Positions 49,994 to 60,416 of a stretch of 64,000 nucleotides of DNA are shown here, in pieces. Within the stretch, counting starts at the first letter, position 1, and every line of letters starts with the position of its first letter. The notes beneath the pieces are model-generated. The model saw only the letters and a program-made list of their open reading frames with translations, ran no database searches and was not told the origin of the DNA. A program made the position numbers and the translations under genes. This stretch comes from Lepidodermella squamata (taxonomy: Eukaryota > Animalia > Gastrotricha), in assembly GCA_047495785.1 (NCBI GenBank), contig JBLDXI010000012.1, forward strand, positions 310,001 through 374,000, in the 5' to 3' direction.

Positions 49994-52283
49994 ATGCTGC
50001 TCTTTCTGACCATTATCCTTGGCTTAATCAGTCCGACCTTTCCTCATGGCGGTGCTGGTGGCAATGACAAGCTAGTGGTTTTTGCGATCAGCTCAGCAAA
50101 ATCAGACGGTCTCGATCGTTTCATGCGTTCCTCGAAACTTTTTCACTTCAACACAAAAGTAAAAACCTTGAAAACTAATCCACGCTCACTTGCTAATTTA
50201 CCTTACTCTTACCAGGTTATTGGCCTAGACTCCGCTTTGCCACTGGAAAAAGCTTCAGTAATCAAGAACGAACTTGCGACAGTTTGTAGTTCTGACAAGT
50301 CTGTCAATGATGACAAAATATTCATGTTCGTGAGTGCCGAAGATGCTATTCTTGTCGGAGCGCCCATCGAAATCGTCGATTCTTTCAAGAAACTAAACGC
50401 TAACATTGTTTTCAGCGCTGATAATCACATTTGGCCCGACGAAAGCCTAGCTAATCAATACCCTGCGTCAGACATTGATGGATATCCCTATCTCTGTTCC
50501 GATGGTTTTATAGGTTCAGCAAAATCGATTTGCGAGCTTTTCGGATCTGACGTCGGTGAAGTAGGTGACGACCAGTTATTCTTCACGAAGTTGTACTTGA
50601 ACGAAGCTACGAGGACCAAGTACGGTATAGTCCTGGACAGTCAAGCCAATATTTTCCACAGCCTGCATGGAGCTTCTGCTGATGTTTCTGTCAAGTACTT
50701 GGGATATCATAGCTTCTTGTTGAATACTCGATTTGAAACGACACCGAAAGTTGCATTGGCCAACGGCGCGAAAGTTGAGTTGAACAGGCTAGCTGATTAT
50801 GTTCCAGATGGTTGGTCATCCAGCACTGGCTGTCAGTTGTGTCACGAAGATCGCATCGATCTCGGCGGTATTAAGGCTGAAAACTTGCCGTTGGTTGTCA
50901 TGGCTGTTTTCATCGAGATACCCACGCCTTTCCTGCCAACTATGTTGAGGCGACTGGTTCATATCAACTATCCCCTGAAAAGAATCGTGTTGGCCATCCA
51001 CAATGCTGTTGAATTTCACGCTCCTAATGTAACCGAATTCCTGGCTTCGTCGATTATTGCTGATTTTCATTCTGTTGAAATAATTCTTTCCGATAAATAT
51101 GCTGTCGAGGGTGATGTACGCAACCAAGTATTGGACGTTTGCATCAAAGTCAACTGCAATTATTTATTTGCCCTCGATTCGATTGCGCATATCGAAAACC
51201 CGAACACTTTGAAATTGCTGATTGAACAAAATCGCCCGGTCATCGCTCCAATATTGCGCCGTAACAACGAAATGTGGTCAAACTTCTGGGGGTCTGTCGG
51301 AGCATCGGGATATTACAGCCGCTCCAGTGACTATCTAGATATCCTGAACGGTGTCAAACGCGGTATCTGGAACGTTGCATGTATCAACAATGCTATCTTG
51401 TACCGCGCGGACATTCTGGAAAAAGTCCGAAATGCCTGGTATAGTAGCCAATATGACCCTGACATTGCTTTCTGTGCCTTCATGCGCGAGAAAGGTAATT
51501 TCATGTACATCGACAACCAGCAGCATTATGGTCACTTGGTGAATCCTGATTCATACAACATCTCCCACTTTCGACCTGAGCTCTGGGAGCTAAATACTAA
51601 TCGAATGGACTGGGAAGAACTGTACATCGACACGGCTTATTGGAAAATCGGCGCCAATAAGAATGATGGAACTGCGAATTCCGCTAAAGCCTATGAATCC
51701 AAATGCAACGATGTTTTCCTATTTCCACTCGTCACCGATATGTTCTGTCGCCACCTGATCGACGAAATGGAACACTACGGTAAGTGGTCTGGCGGCAAGT
51801 ACCATGACGACCGTCTAGCTGGTGGCTACGAAAATGTTCCAACGGTCGATATCCACATGCGTCAGATCAATTACCAAGAAGAATGGCTGCAAATTCTGAA
51901 GAAATACGTTTCGCCCCTCGCCAAATTTGCGTTCATGGGTTACGAACCCGAGTCGAAAGCCTCGATGGCATTCGTGGTTCGCTATCACCCGAAAGAGCAA
52001 GACCGCCTGCGTCCTCATTTTGACTCGAGCACCTGGACTAGTAAATCAAACCGTGAATTATATATTATTTTCATTTTGATCTGTTGCAGATGTTATTGGT
52101 CTCACTCGACCTGGTATTGATTTCGAGGGAGGAGGTACTCGATTCGTTCGTCAAAACTGCTCATTGGCTGAACAGCCCCGTGGCTCTGTTATTGTTTTCC
52201 CGGGCCGTCTCACTCATTGGCACGAAGGTCTGCCTGTTAAGAAAGGCGTTCGCTACATCGCAGTTACCTTCGTCGACCCGTAA
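49994..52283 (+). CDS. PLOD: Procollagen lysyl hydroxylase paralog A, with degenerate glycosyltransferase domain. Exons 49994-50158, 50216-52040, 52090-52283
   Basis: Signal peptide; WSNFWG, GGYENVPTVDIHM, FVVRY.P.EQ..LRPHFDSST, HWHEGL..G.RYI..FVDP. Confidence 0.95.
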
Positions 52284-53163
52284 ATACGATTTATTTATTA
52301 GCAACATAGTAACTAACAATTGAAAGCTTCCATTTTTCGTAACAACAGTGAATGGTATACAGGGTTTGTTATCAAAAACTTTCCGATTGAATCGTGTTCA
52401 TTTTGCTCCCATTGAACCTCAGTTTTTATACTCGTGCAATTCCAATTGATAGGAGATTTTTCCCTCATTATCTCAGCAATGAAGTGATTATTTTTTATTA
52501 TCTTTTGTGTGTGTTGCAAACATTTTACGTTAGCTAACGCGCTCAAATTTCTGCTGGTTTAAGCAACTGTCTGATATCTTCGACGTTTAGTCGAAGTTGT
52601 GATATTACGGAATACCCATAATGAAAACAATATCGGAAATTTATCCGGTCTTTAGTTGTTTCTTTTTGGCGTTTGTGTTTTTAGCTCGCTAATTTATTGC
52701 CCTTTGCGTTGTTACGAAATCTCATTATTAAAGGTAACTTGATTTCATGTTGTCTTCTTTTGTCATTTCTAGGTGTTTTTAAATCTTTGCATTGAATTCA
52801 GCTGCTTGGTTCACGCGGCTCTTTTAACTCGTCGTTGCATTTCACTCCTGTCTCTGCTGGGTTGAGACGTGTCTGAGCCACGCTGAAGAATGTTGTGCGC
52901 AAACATATAAATAATTCTCGCGAGGGGTTATTCTTGTTATTTATTATCGTTATACCACCACCACCACTAGTGCTGCGCGTTTATATTTCTGCAATACATA
53001 CCTAGGTATTCCACAGGTGACAGGCTCAACGTCCGCATGTAAACTGTAAACAATCACTCATCGGGCGCGCATTATTGTGTTTGTAGTGGCGTAACGTTTC
53101 ATAATTTATAGGGCAATAAATATTATAACATCGCCCCATAGGCTTCTTTGATGTTATTCAGCA

Positions 53164-54639
53164 ATGAGTAGATCATTGGCGAAACAGATTGCCGAGTTGT
53201 GTATCAACGAAACAGTGCAAAATGATGCCGAGAAAACGCCTGTTGTAAAATTCCATCAGCCAAAAGAGTTGGAAAACATCTTAGAGAGCGAATTAAAACT
53301 GAGTGAGACAGGCTGTTCCGACCAGGAATTCATCGCTCTATGCCAAAAGTTGATGCAGTATTCGTGCAAAACATGGCATCCGCACTTTATGACTCAACTG
53401 GTATCAGGTATCGATACATACAGCCTATGCGCTAGTTGGGTTCAAGAATCACTGAACGGCTCATCGTTCACATTTGATGCCGCTCCGGTTTTCACTTTGA
53501 TTCAACGCGCGGTAATTAGCCGCGTCCTACGCATGTTTGGCATGTCTGTGGAAAGTGGCGGCGATGGAGTTTTCTGCCCCGGAGCGTCTCTAGGTAACAT
53601 GTATGGCATGATGCTGGCTAGGCAAAACCGTTTCCCGGGCGTTAAACACACGGGGCTCACCGGCCTACCCCCTCTAGCAATTTTCACATCAGATAACTGT
53701 CATTACTCTATTGAGAAGGGCGCGATATTTCTTGGATTTGGTCTTGATTCTATCATAAAAGTTGAGACTGACGAGGGCGGGTCGATGCTGCCGGATAAGT
53801 TGCGTGAAGCTATTAAGGCGGCTGTTTCAAACGGCCGAGTTCCTTTGATGGTTAACGCAACAGCTGGCTCGACCATGTTGGGTTCTTTCGACAATATTGC
53901 TGCTTTAGCCTCTATAATTTCCGAGTTTGACTTCAAAATTTGGTTACATTGCGACGCGGCTTTTGGCGGTAGTGCGATTTTCAGCTCCAAAACTAGTCAC
54001 CTACTCGCAGGTTCAGAACGTTGTGACTCAATCACGCTAGATTTCCACAAAATAGCCGGTGCTCTGTTGCAATGTTCTCTGACAATAACGAAACACGGCG
54101 CCCTATGCAAAGAATCAATATCCACCGGGGCTGGTTATTTGTTTCAAAACGATAAGGGTTACGACATTGCGTACGATTCTGGCGATAAGTCTGTTCAGTG
54201 TAGCCAGAAGGCTGATGCTTTCAAACTGTGGCTGTTATGGAAAGCGAAAGGAATTTCGGGGATGGAGCGTGAAATTGATCAGTTGATGAAACTGGCACAG
54301 TTCACGCAGCAGAAAATTGTTGAACTCGCGGATGAGGGGTTTTATCTCATCATACCCGCTTTTGTCTACGTCAATATTTGCTTCTGGTACGTACCGACGT
54401 GGATGAGAGATGGCAATGCGCTGGCGAACCCGTTGCTGACCCGCGTTGCCCCGAAAGTGCGCGCCCGGCTGCGCGAAAGTGGCCAACTGCTGATAAACTG
54501 CGCTTGCCACAAATCGCTGCCTAATTATTTTCGCATAGTTTGCACGAATCGCTTGCTTGATGAACGCGGTATTGAACGCATTTTGGCACTCATCCGCGAT
54601 ACGGCGGAAAAGTTGACACCAGCAGACCTGGAGGCCTAA
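53164..54639 (+). CDS. PLP-dependent group II decarboxylase of the GAD/CSAD/GADL1 family, intronless
   Basis: HPHF..QL, APVFTL, GDGVFCPG, HYSI.KGA..LG.G, VNATAGST..GSFD, WLHCDAAFGG, DFHK (PLP lysine), YLFQ.DK.YD..YD.GDK. Confidence 0.92.
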   Translation: MSRSLAKQIAELCINETVQNDAEKTPVVKFHQPKELENILESELKLSETGCSDQEFIALCQKLMQYSCKTWHPHFMTQLVSGIDTYSLCASWVQESLNGSSFTFDAAPVFTLIQRAVISRVLRMFGMSVESGGDGVFCPGASLGNMYGMMLARQNRFPGVKHTGLTGLPPLAIFTSDNCHYSIEKGAIFLGFGLDSIIKVETDEGGSMLPDKLREAIKAAVSNGRVPLMVNATAGSTMLGSFDNIAALASIISEFDFKIWLHCDAAFGGSAIFSSKTSHLLAGSERCDSITLDFHKIAGALLQCSLTITKHGALCKESISTGAGYLFQNDKGYDIAYDSGDKSVQCSQKADAFKLWLLWKAKGISGMEREIDQLMKLAQFTQQKIVELADEGFYLIIPAFVYVNICFWYVPTWMRDGNALANPLLTRVAPKVRARLRESGQLLINCACHKSLPNYFRIVCTNRLLDERGIERILALIRDTAEKLTPADLEA

Positions 54640-54746
54640 AATCAGTGGATCAGTGATCAAAACTCAACCTTAGAATAGTATTATAATTTGTTGAACGCTT
54701 GCTCCCCGATTTCAAAAAAATTTATGATTGATTTGATATATTTAGA

Positions 54747-57199
54747 ATGATTCTATTAAGGTGGATTGTTTTAGCAGCCGTCTGCCTATTGACCGACGGT
54801 CATGGTAAATCATATTTATTTTCTCACAGCCTCGAATATTACTCGATTTTTTTTCCACAGCCGGCGTTCCGTATACCGGAAAGAAGGTCCATATTTACAC
54901 CGTTGCGACCGAGTACGCTGATGGCCTTCACAGGCTGATCCGTTCTGCTAAAATGTTCGGCACTGACGTTAAGGTGCTCGGAATCGGCCGCGAATGGAAA
55001 GGCGGCGATATGACGAAAGGCGCTGGTGGAGCTCAGAAAATTAACATTTTAAGCGAAGAGCTGAAAACGCTGTGTTCGGATTCCGCCCCGGAAGGAACTG
55101 GCGATGAGCTGTTCTTATTCACGGATGCTTACGACTCAGTTATCGTGTCGCCTGTTAGCGATATCGTTCAATCTTTCGAGAAATTGAACGCGAAAATCGC
55201 AATTAGCGCTGAGCCGTTTTTGTGGCCAGATCGCACTTTAGCCAGCCAATACCCGGCTGTTGGGCCTAATGAGTACCCATTTTTATGCTCGGGTGGCTTT
55301 ATGGGCTATGTCAAATCGATTTGCGAGATGATTCTACCCCGCTTGCCAGTAGCTGATAACGACGACGATCAGCTGTTCTACACGAAGATCTACCTGGATG
55401 TTGCATTGCGCGAAAAGCTCGGAATTGTTCTCGATTCAAACGCTGAAATTTTCCAGAATCTCCACGGCGCATTGAGCGATCTATCCGTGAAATACATGGG
55501 TAGCCACAGTTACGCCTACAACACGAAAACCGGATCGATGCCGAAAATTTTGCACGGAAATGGCCCGATTAAGGTGGAATTCAACCGCCTTACTGACTAC
55601 ATTCCTGACGGATTTTCTCCAAGCGGTGGCTGCACTCAGTGTGAAGAGGAAACCGTTTCTCTCACCAAAATGAAGGTCGATTTTTGTGGAATAATTTTCA
55701 ATCTGTTGCAAATGAGTTCTTTTTATCTAGGAGGAAGAATGGCCTGTTGTTTTGTTGGCCATTTTCATCGAAATGCCGACACCTTTTGTGGCTTATGCGT
55801 TGAAGAAGACTCTTGCCCTTGACTATCCTAAGAAGAAGATCGCGTTATTTATTCACAGCAATGTGCCTTATCATAATGATAACATCACCGAAGCTTTGTC
55901 AACCATCAATACTGCTGAATATCTTGATTATCAAATGATTGGACCGGAGCAACAAATTCCTGAAGGCCCAGCCCGCGATCTTGCGATGTAAGTCCCTTTA
56001 ACCTATTCAATTTTGCGTTTAATTTCTTTTCGTAATTTAGCGATGCGTGTGAGCGTGTTAAGTGCGACCATGCCTTCATGGTCGATTCACTCACCCGTAT
56101 TACGTACTCCGATACGCTCAAGATTTTAATCGAACAAAATCGCTCGACTATTGCTCCATTCATGAAACGTCCTGATGAGCTGTGGTCTAATTTCTGGGGT
56201 GCGATTAGCTCAAATGGCTTCTACAAGCGGTCTGATGACTACCTCGAGATTGTCAAAGGAAACAAAAAGTTTGTCCCTTCACTTTATTTTTATTTTATTG
56301 ACTTTAATATCAAATTTTTCAGGGGTCTTTGGAACGTTCCATTCATTTCGAACGCATTCCTAATCCGTTCTGAGCGGTTGAAGAAACTGAAAGGGGCTTG
56401 GACATCGCCTGACAGCGAGCCTGATATGGCCTTCTGCGCGTTCATGCGCGACCACGGCTATTTTATGCATGTAACCAACAACTACCACTTCGGTCATTTG
56501 GTCAACCCGGACTACTATAACATCAGCAAAGTTCACCCCGAACTCTGGGAGATCAAGCACAACCGCTTGGACTGGGAAGAACTGTACATCGACCCGGCTC
56601 GGTTCCAAGTTGGCGCTAAAAACGAGGAAGGAGTCCCTGAGCATATGAGTAAATACGAAATGTGCCCGGATGTTTATTCATTCCCGCTGGTTACCCCTGT
56701 TTTCTGCGACCACCTGGTCGACGAAATGGAGCATTTCGGCGAATGGTCTGGCGGTAAAGACAACCACGAAGATAAGCGACTCAGCGGTGGCTATGAAAAC
56801 GTCCCAACTGTCGATATTCACATGAGGCAGATTTATTTCGATGAGGAATACATGTATTTCATGAAGACCTACATTTCGCCACTGGCGGCTTATGCTTACA
56901 CCGGCTATCACCCCGAATCGAAATCGCATATGAATTTCGTGGTTCGCTACCACCCGCGCGAACAGGACCACTTGAGGCCTCATTTTGACGCTAGCACCTT
57001 CTCGACGAATATCGCCCTGCGCCGTATTGGCGTCGATTTCGAGGGAGGTGGTACGCGATTTGTTCGTTACAACTGCACGGTTCGTACCCAGAAGCAGGGT
57101 TGGGTTATCATGCACCCTGGTCGGCTCACCCACTGGCACGAGGGCCTTCGCGTGACCAAGGGCATCCGCTACATTGTCGTTTCGTTCGTCGACCCATGA
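54747..57199 (+). CDS. PLOD: Procollagen lysyl hydroxylase/glycosyltransferase paralog B (LH3-like). Exons 54747-54804, 54861-55675, 55731-55987, 56041-56268, 56323-57199
   Basis: TVAT, WKGGDM..GGAQK, FTDAYD, DDDQLFYT, HGNG, GGYENVPTVDIHM, HFD, HPGRLTHWHEG, SFVDP. Confidence 0.96.
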
Positions 57200-57773
57200 G
57201 TGGCAAAACAATTCAGTCATTGATAAAGTAACTACTGCATGAAAAATCCAATGAAACAGATGTGATACACAAAGACACCGAATGCCTGAGCTAGGTTTAT
57301 TTATTAGGCCTTGCATTGATAAATCTTGTTGTATTCCTTCCGCTGGGTGCTCAACAACGCCAATTTGAACAGCGACGCATGAGTTATTGTAATGTGAAAC
57401 GTTATTGTAATAATTACAACTATTTAAACCCTGATATTTTTTTCGGGTAATATGCTGTTGAAAGAAGTCTCTAGGACGAGCTAGATAGAATCTCTCGCCC
57501 GCAATTTTTTTGGGTCACCTGAAAATTATCATCATCATCATCATGTGCTCATTTAGTAAATTAACGAATTATTGCTTGTAAAAAATTCTCTCTCATCACG
57601 CGAACCTCCCGTGTTATTTCTTTGTTCTTTGTTTTTGCTAGAACGAGTTGAAGCAATAATGATATTCTTGTTACTGCTGCTGCTGATGCTTTAGTCGGTT
57701 ATCATGCCATTTATTTGCTTTATCATGCAGTATTCTTGATTTAAAAACCAGGAAAAGCGAAATAAAAACAAAT

Positions 57774-59473
57774 GAGCCGCGACAAGTGAAAGCCGTAGCT
57801 TACGCACTTGTGAGAAATTTTCACAAGAACGCAAAGAAGGCTTGATAGGTGAATTTTGTCAAAATCGACTTTTCATGATTTTCTAATACAGTTTTTCATG
57901 AGGAATCTGCTGGTGCAATCCGATTTTCTCTGCGATGCATAGTTTTCATGCTATAACCTAAAAATGCGAGTGTGTCAAAAACATGAAATTTACGTATTTT
58001 TCCTAGTTTTTGTGGTAAAGTTGGGGTGGACGTAAAACTTTTCACCATTACATTTTTCGAGCGAGAACACTATATTCATTTCAAAGCTTGTTGCTTGTAG
58101 TATTTTTAGACATAAAAACCGCCCATAAATTCGAAACTTGACCTTTGACGTTAACGTGCGGAATGCGGATGACTCATAAAAAAACGTCAAAATCCGAATT
58201 TTGAGTGCGATTTTTTTCATAATCTCTATGATCAATGTAGCTGTTGGTGATCTGCCATCGTATCTATGAATAGGGCTAGGTTCCTGTGGCATCGATAAAT
58301 ACTGAATTTGAAGGGAGAGTGTAAATCGTCGTTGAAATCAAGATTAAATCATAGGATGAATTTCATGAAAGAATACTGTTTTCTTTGTTTTCCCATTAAT
58401 TTTCCGAATTTCCCAGTGAAATTACTGCAGCTAGAGTAGAGCCGAGCACCCTAGCTAGCATTGAAATTAATTATGTCTGGGACACGAGATAGCCCCGAGG
58501 CTTATGTCAACAAAATTTGATCACTTTTCGTGCATAAAATCTTAAATTTTTAATTTTTGGGACTTCTCGCAAATTTCAAAAGTTATTTAACGAGCCATTA
58601 ACATTAATGTAGCATGATTTTTGAAGTCAAGACTGCTATAGCTATGAATCAACATAACAAGCTCAATACTATTGTTGTGAGAAGAGGGATCGTCGATTTA
58701 ACGGAAACGATCAAATTAGGCCATTGGCACTTCGCATTATTTATCCAAGTCGATTATTTCGGCTGGGCCTGTTGCAGATACTTTATTCAGACTTTTATCG
58801 CTAAAATGCCTGCCTTGCACATTAAAATCTGTGAAAAATAAGCAGTGTGCCGGTGGATGCCGATTGCGATGAAAAAACTTATGCAACGTGAGTGGATGTT
58901 TTGAGGACCGCTGTTAAGTCTGAAACTCAAATTGCGTCTGTGGTATGCTGCTTAGTTGGTTATAACGGCTGTAGCCATATAAAAAGGCAAGCCTTTCAGC
59001 TCGTCGCAATGGGCGGTTTCGTTGGCACACAGCTTAAAAACAGAGCATAAAAACAGAGACGCAAGAACAGTGGGGTATTGCGAAAATGAGTGCTTTGCAA
59101 AAAAGAGTCAGATTAAGGTAGATCGGCAGGGCTTAGGTTCATAATAATGCAAAATTCAGAATCTACGACTCAAACTGCCCTAGTTGGCCATTAAAACCAC
59201 TAAATGAGGCGTTTCGGTCAACGCATTTTGCAAAGGTTTCATCAAATTTTGTCGCTATTAAATGTGCGAATCTTTTGTTTTAGTTTTTTGCTTCTCCTGA
59301 AAAATTGCAATTTTAATGTGCGCGCACTCAATGGTTAATATCTTGAGAACGGTAGCAGATATTAAAAAATGGGTTTCAGATTTGGAATGAGCGCGAAAAA
59401 CTGCATTAGACCATGCAATGACCTCGAATTTGAAAAAAATGTCGTAAGCTACGGTTTTCACTTGTCGCGGCTC
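57774..59473. mobile_element. 1.7-kb non-autonomous Sola-like DNA transposon
   Basis: 31-bp TIR GAGCCGCGACAAGTGAAA(G/A)CCGTAGCTTACG at both ends, GAG...CTC termini, 4-bp TSD AAAT (57770-57773 and 59474-59477). No transposase ORF. Confidence 0.85.
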
Positions 59474-59521
59474 AAATATTATTGCGCATTTAATTAAGGT
59501 GGATTTTTTTAGGAGTTTTTT

Positions 59522-60283
59522 ATGATGCCAGGCCTTATTCCGAACTCACTACCCGCCCGGGGCGCTCTAATCGTATTTGAAGGATGCGATCGTGTCGGTA
59601 AGTCGAGTCAAATCACTATGCTGCTCGAGTCCCTGAAACAGGGTGGAATCGATGCGGTCGGGATGCGTTTCCCAGAACGAACGACCCCAACCGGCCGCCT
59701 TATTGCTGACTACCTGACGAAATCAGCCGAGCTAAACGACAAGGCCGTTCATCTGCTGTTCTCGGCTAATCGCTGGGAAGCACGGTGGGTAAAACACTGC
59801 GCCCGATATTTGCCCAGTTTTTGACGTAGAGTGCCTTGTTGTTACAGCGATGCTATCACCGAGTTACTTCAGAAGCGAACGACGATCGTCGTCGACCGTT
59901 ACGCAGCCTCGGGCGCGGCTTTCTCTGCCGCTAAAGGGCTCAATCTCGACTGGTGCTGCGCTGTTGACACAGGCCTGCCCATGCCGGACTTGACGGTGTA
60001 TTTGCGCGCCCCGTCACCGGCCGCCCTGCTCGCTAGCCGACCCGGGTTCGGGCAAGAGCGCTACGAGACCGGTAAGTTCCAGACGCAGGTCGGCGCTCAG
60101 TTTGACCGCCTTTGCGAGCTCGACCGCGCCTCGTCGCCGAACAACCCGACGTGGCTGAGTGTCGATGCTAGTCTGCCGTTGGCCGAATCTCATGAAATCA
60201 TCAAAAAAGCTGTCACTGATATTGTTGGTCAGGTTAAACCTGAAATTCGTACGCTTTGGCCGCATCTTTCAATTTCACCGTAA
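59522..60283 (+). CDS. DTYMK: Thymidylate kinase, 2 exons (59522-59784, 59848-60283)
   Basis: RGALIVFEGCDRVGKSSQ P-loop, RFPERTT..G, HLLFSANRWE, VVDRY..SG.AF, GFGQERYE. Confidence 0.96.
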
Positions 60284-60416
60284 AATAGCACTGCTCAAGT
60301 TTCTGCCCGGTTTTTCAGTCATTTTAAACTGTTCTTTTTTGCAACAAATAAAACTCGAATGTGAGTGAAAATATGTTTATTTTCGCTAGTCTTGGTTATA
60401 GGTCCTACACCGGTTA

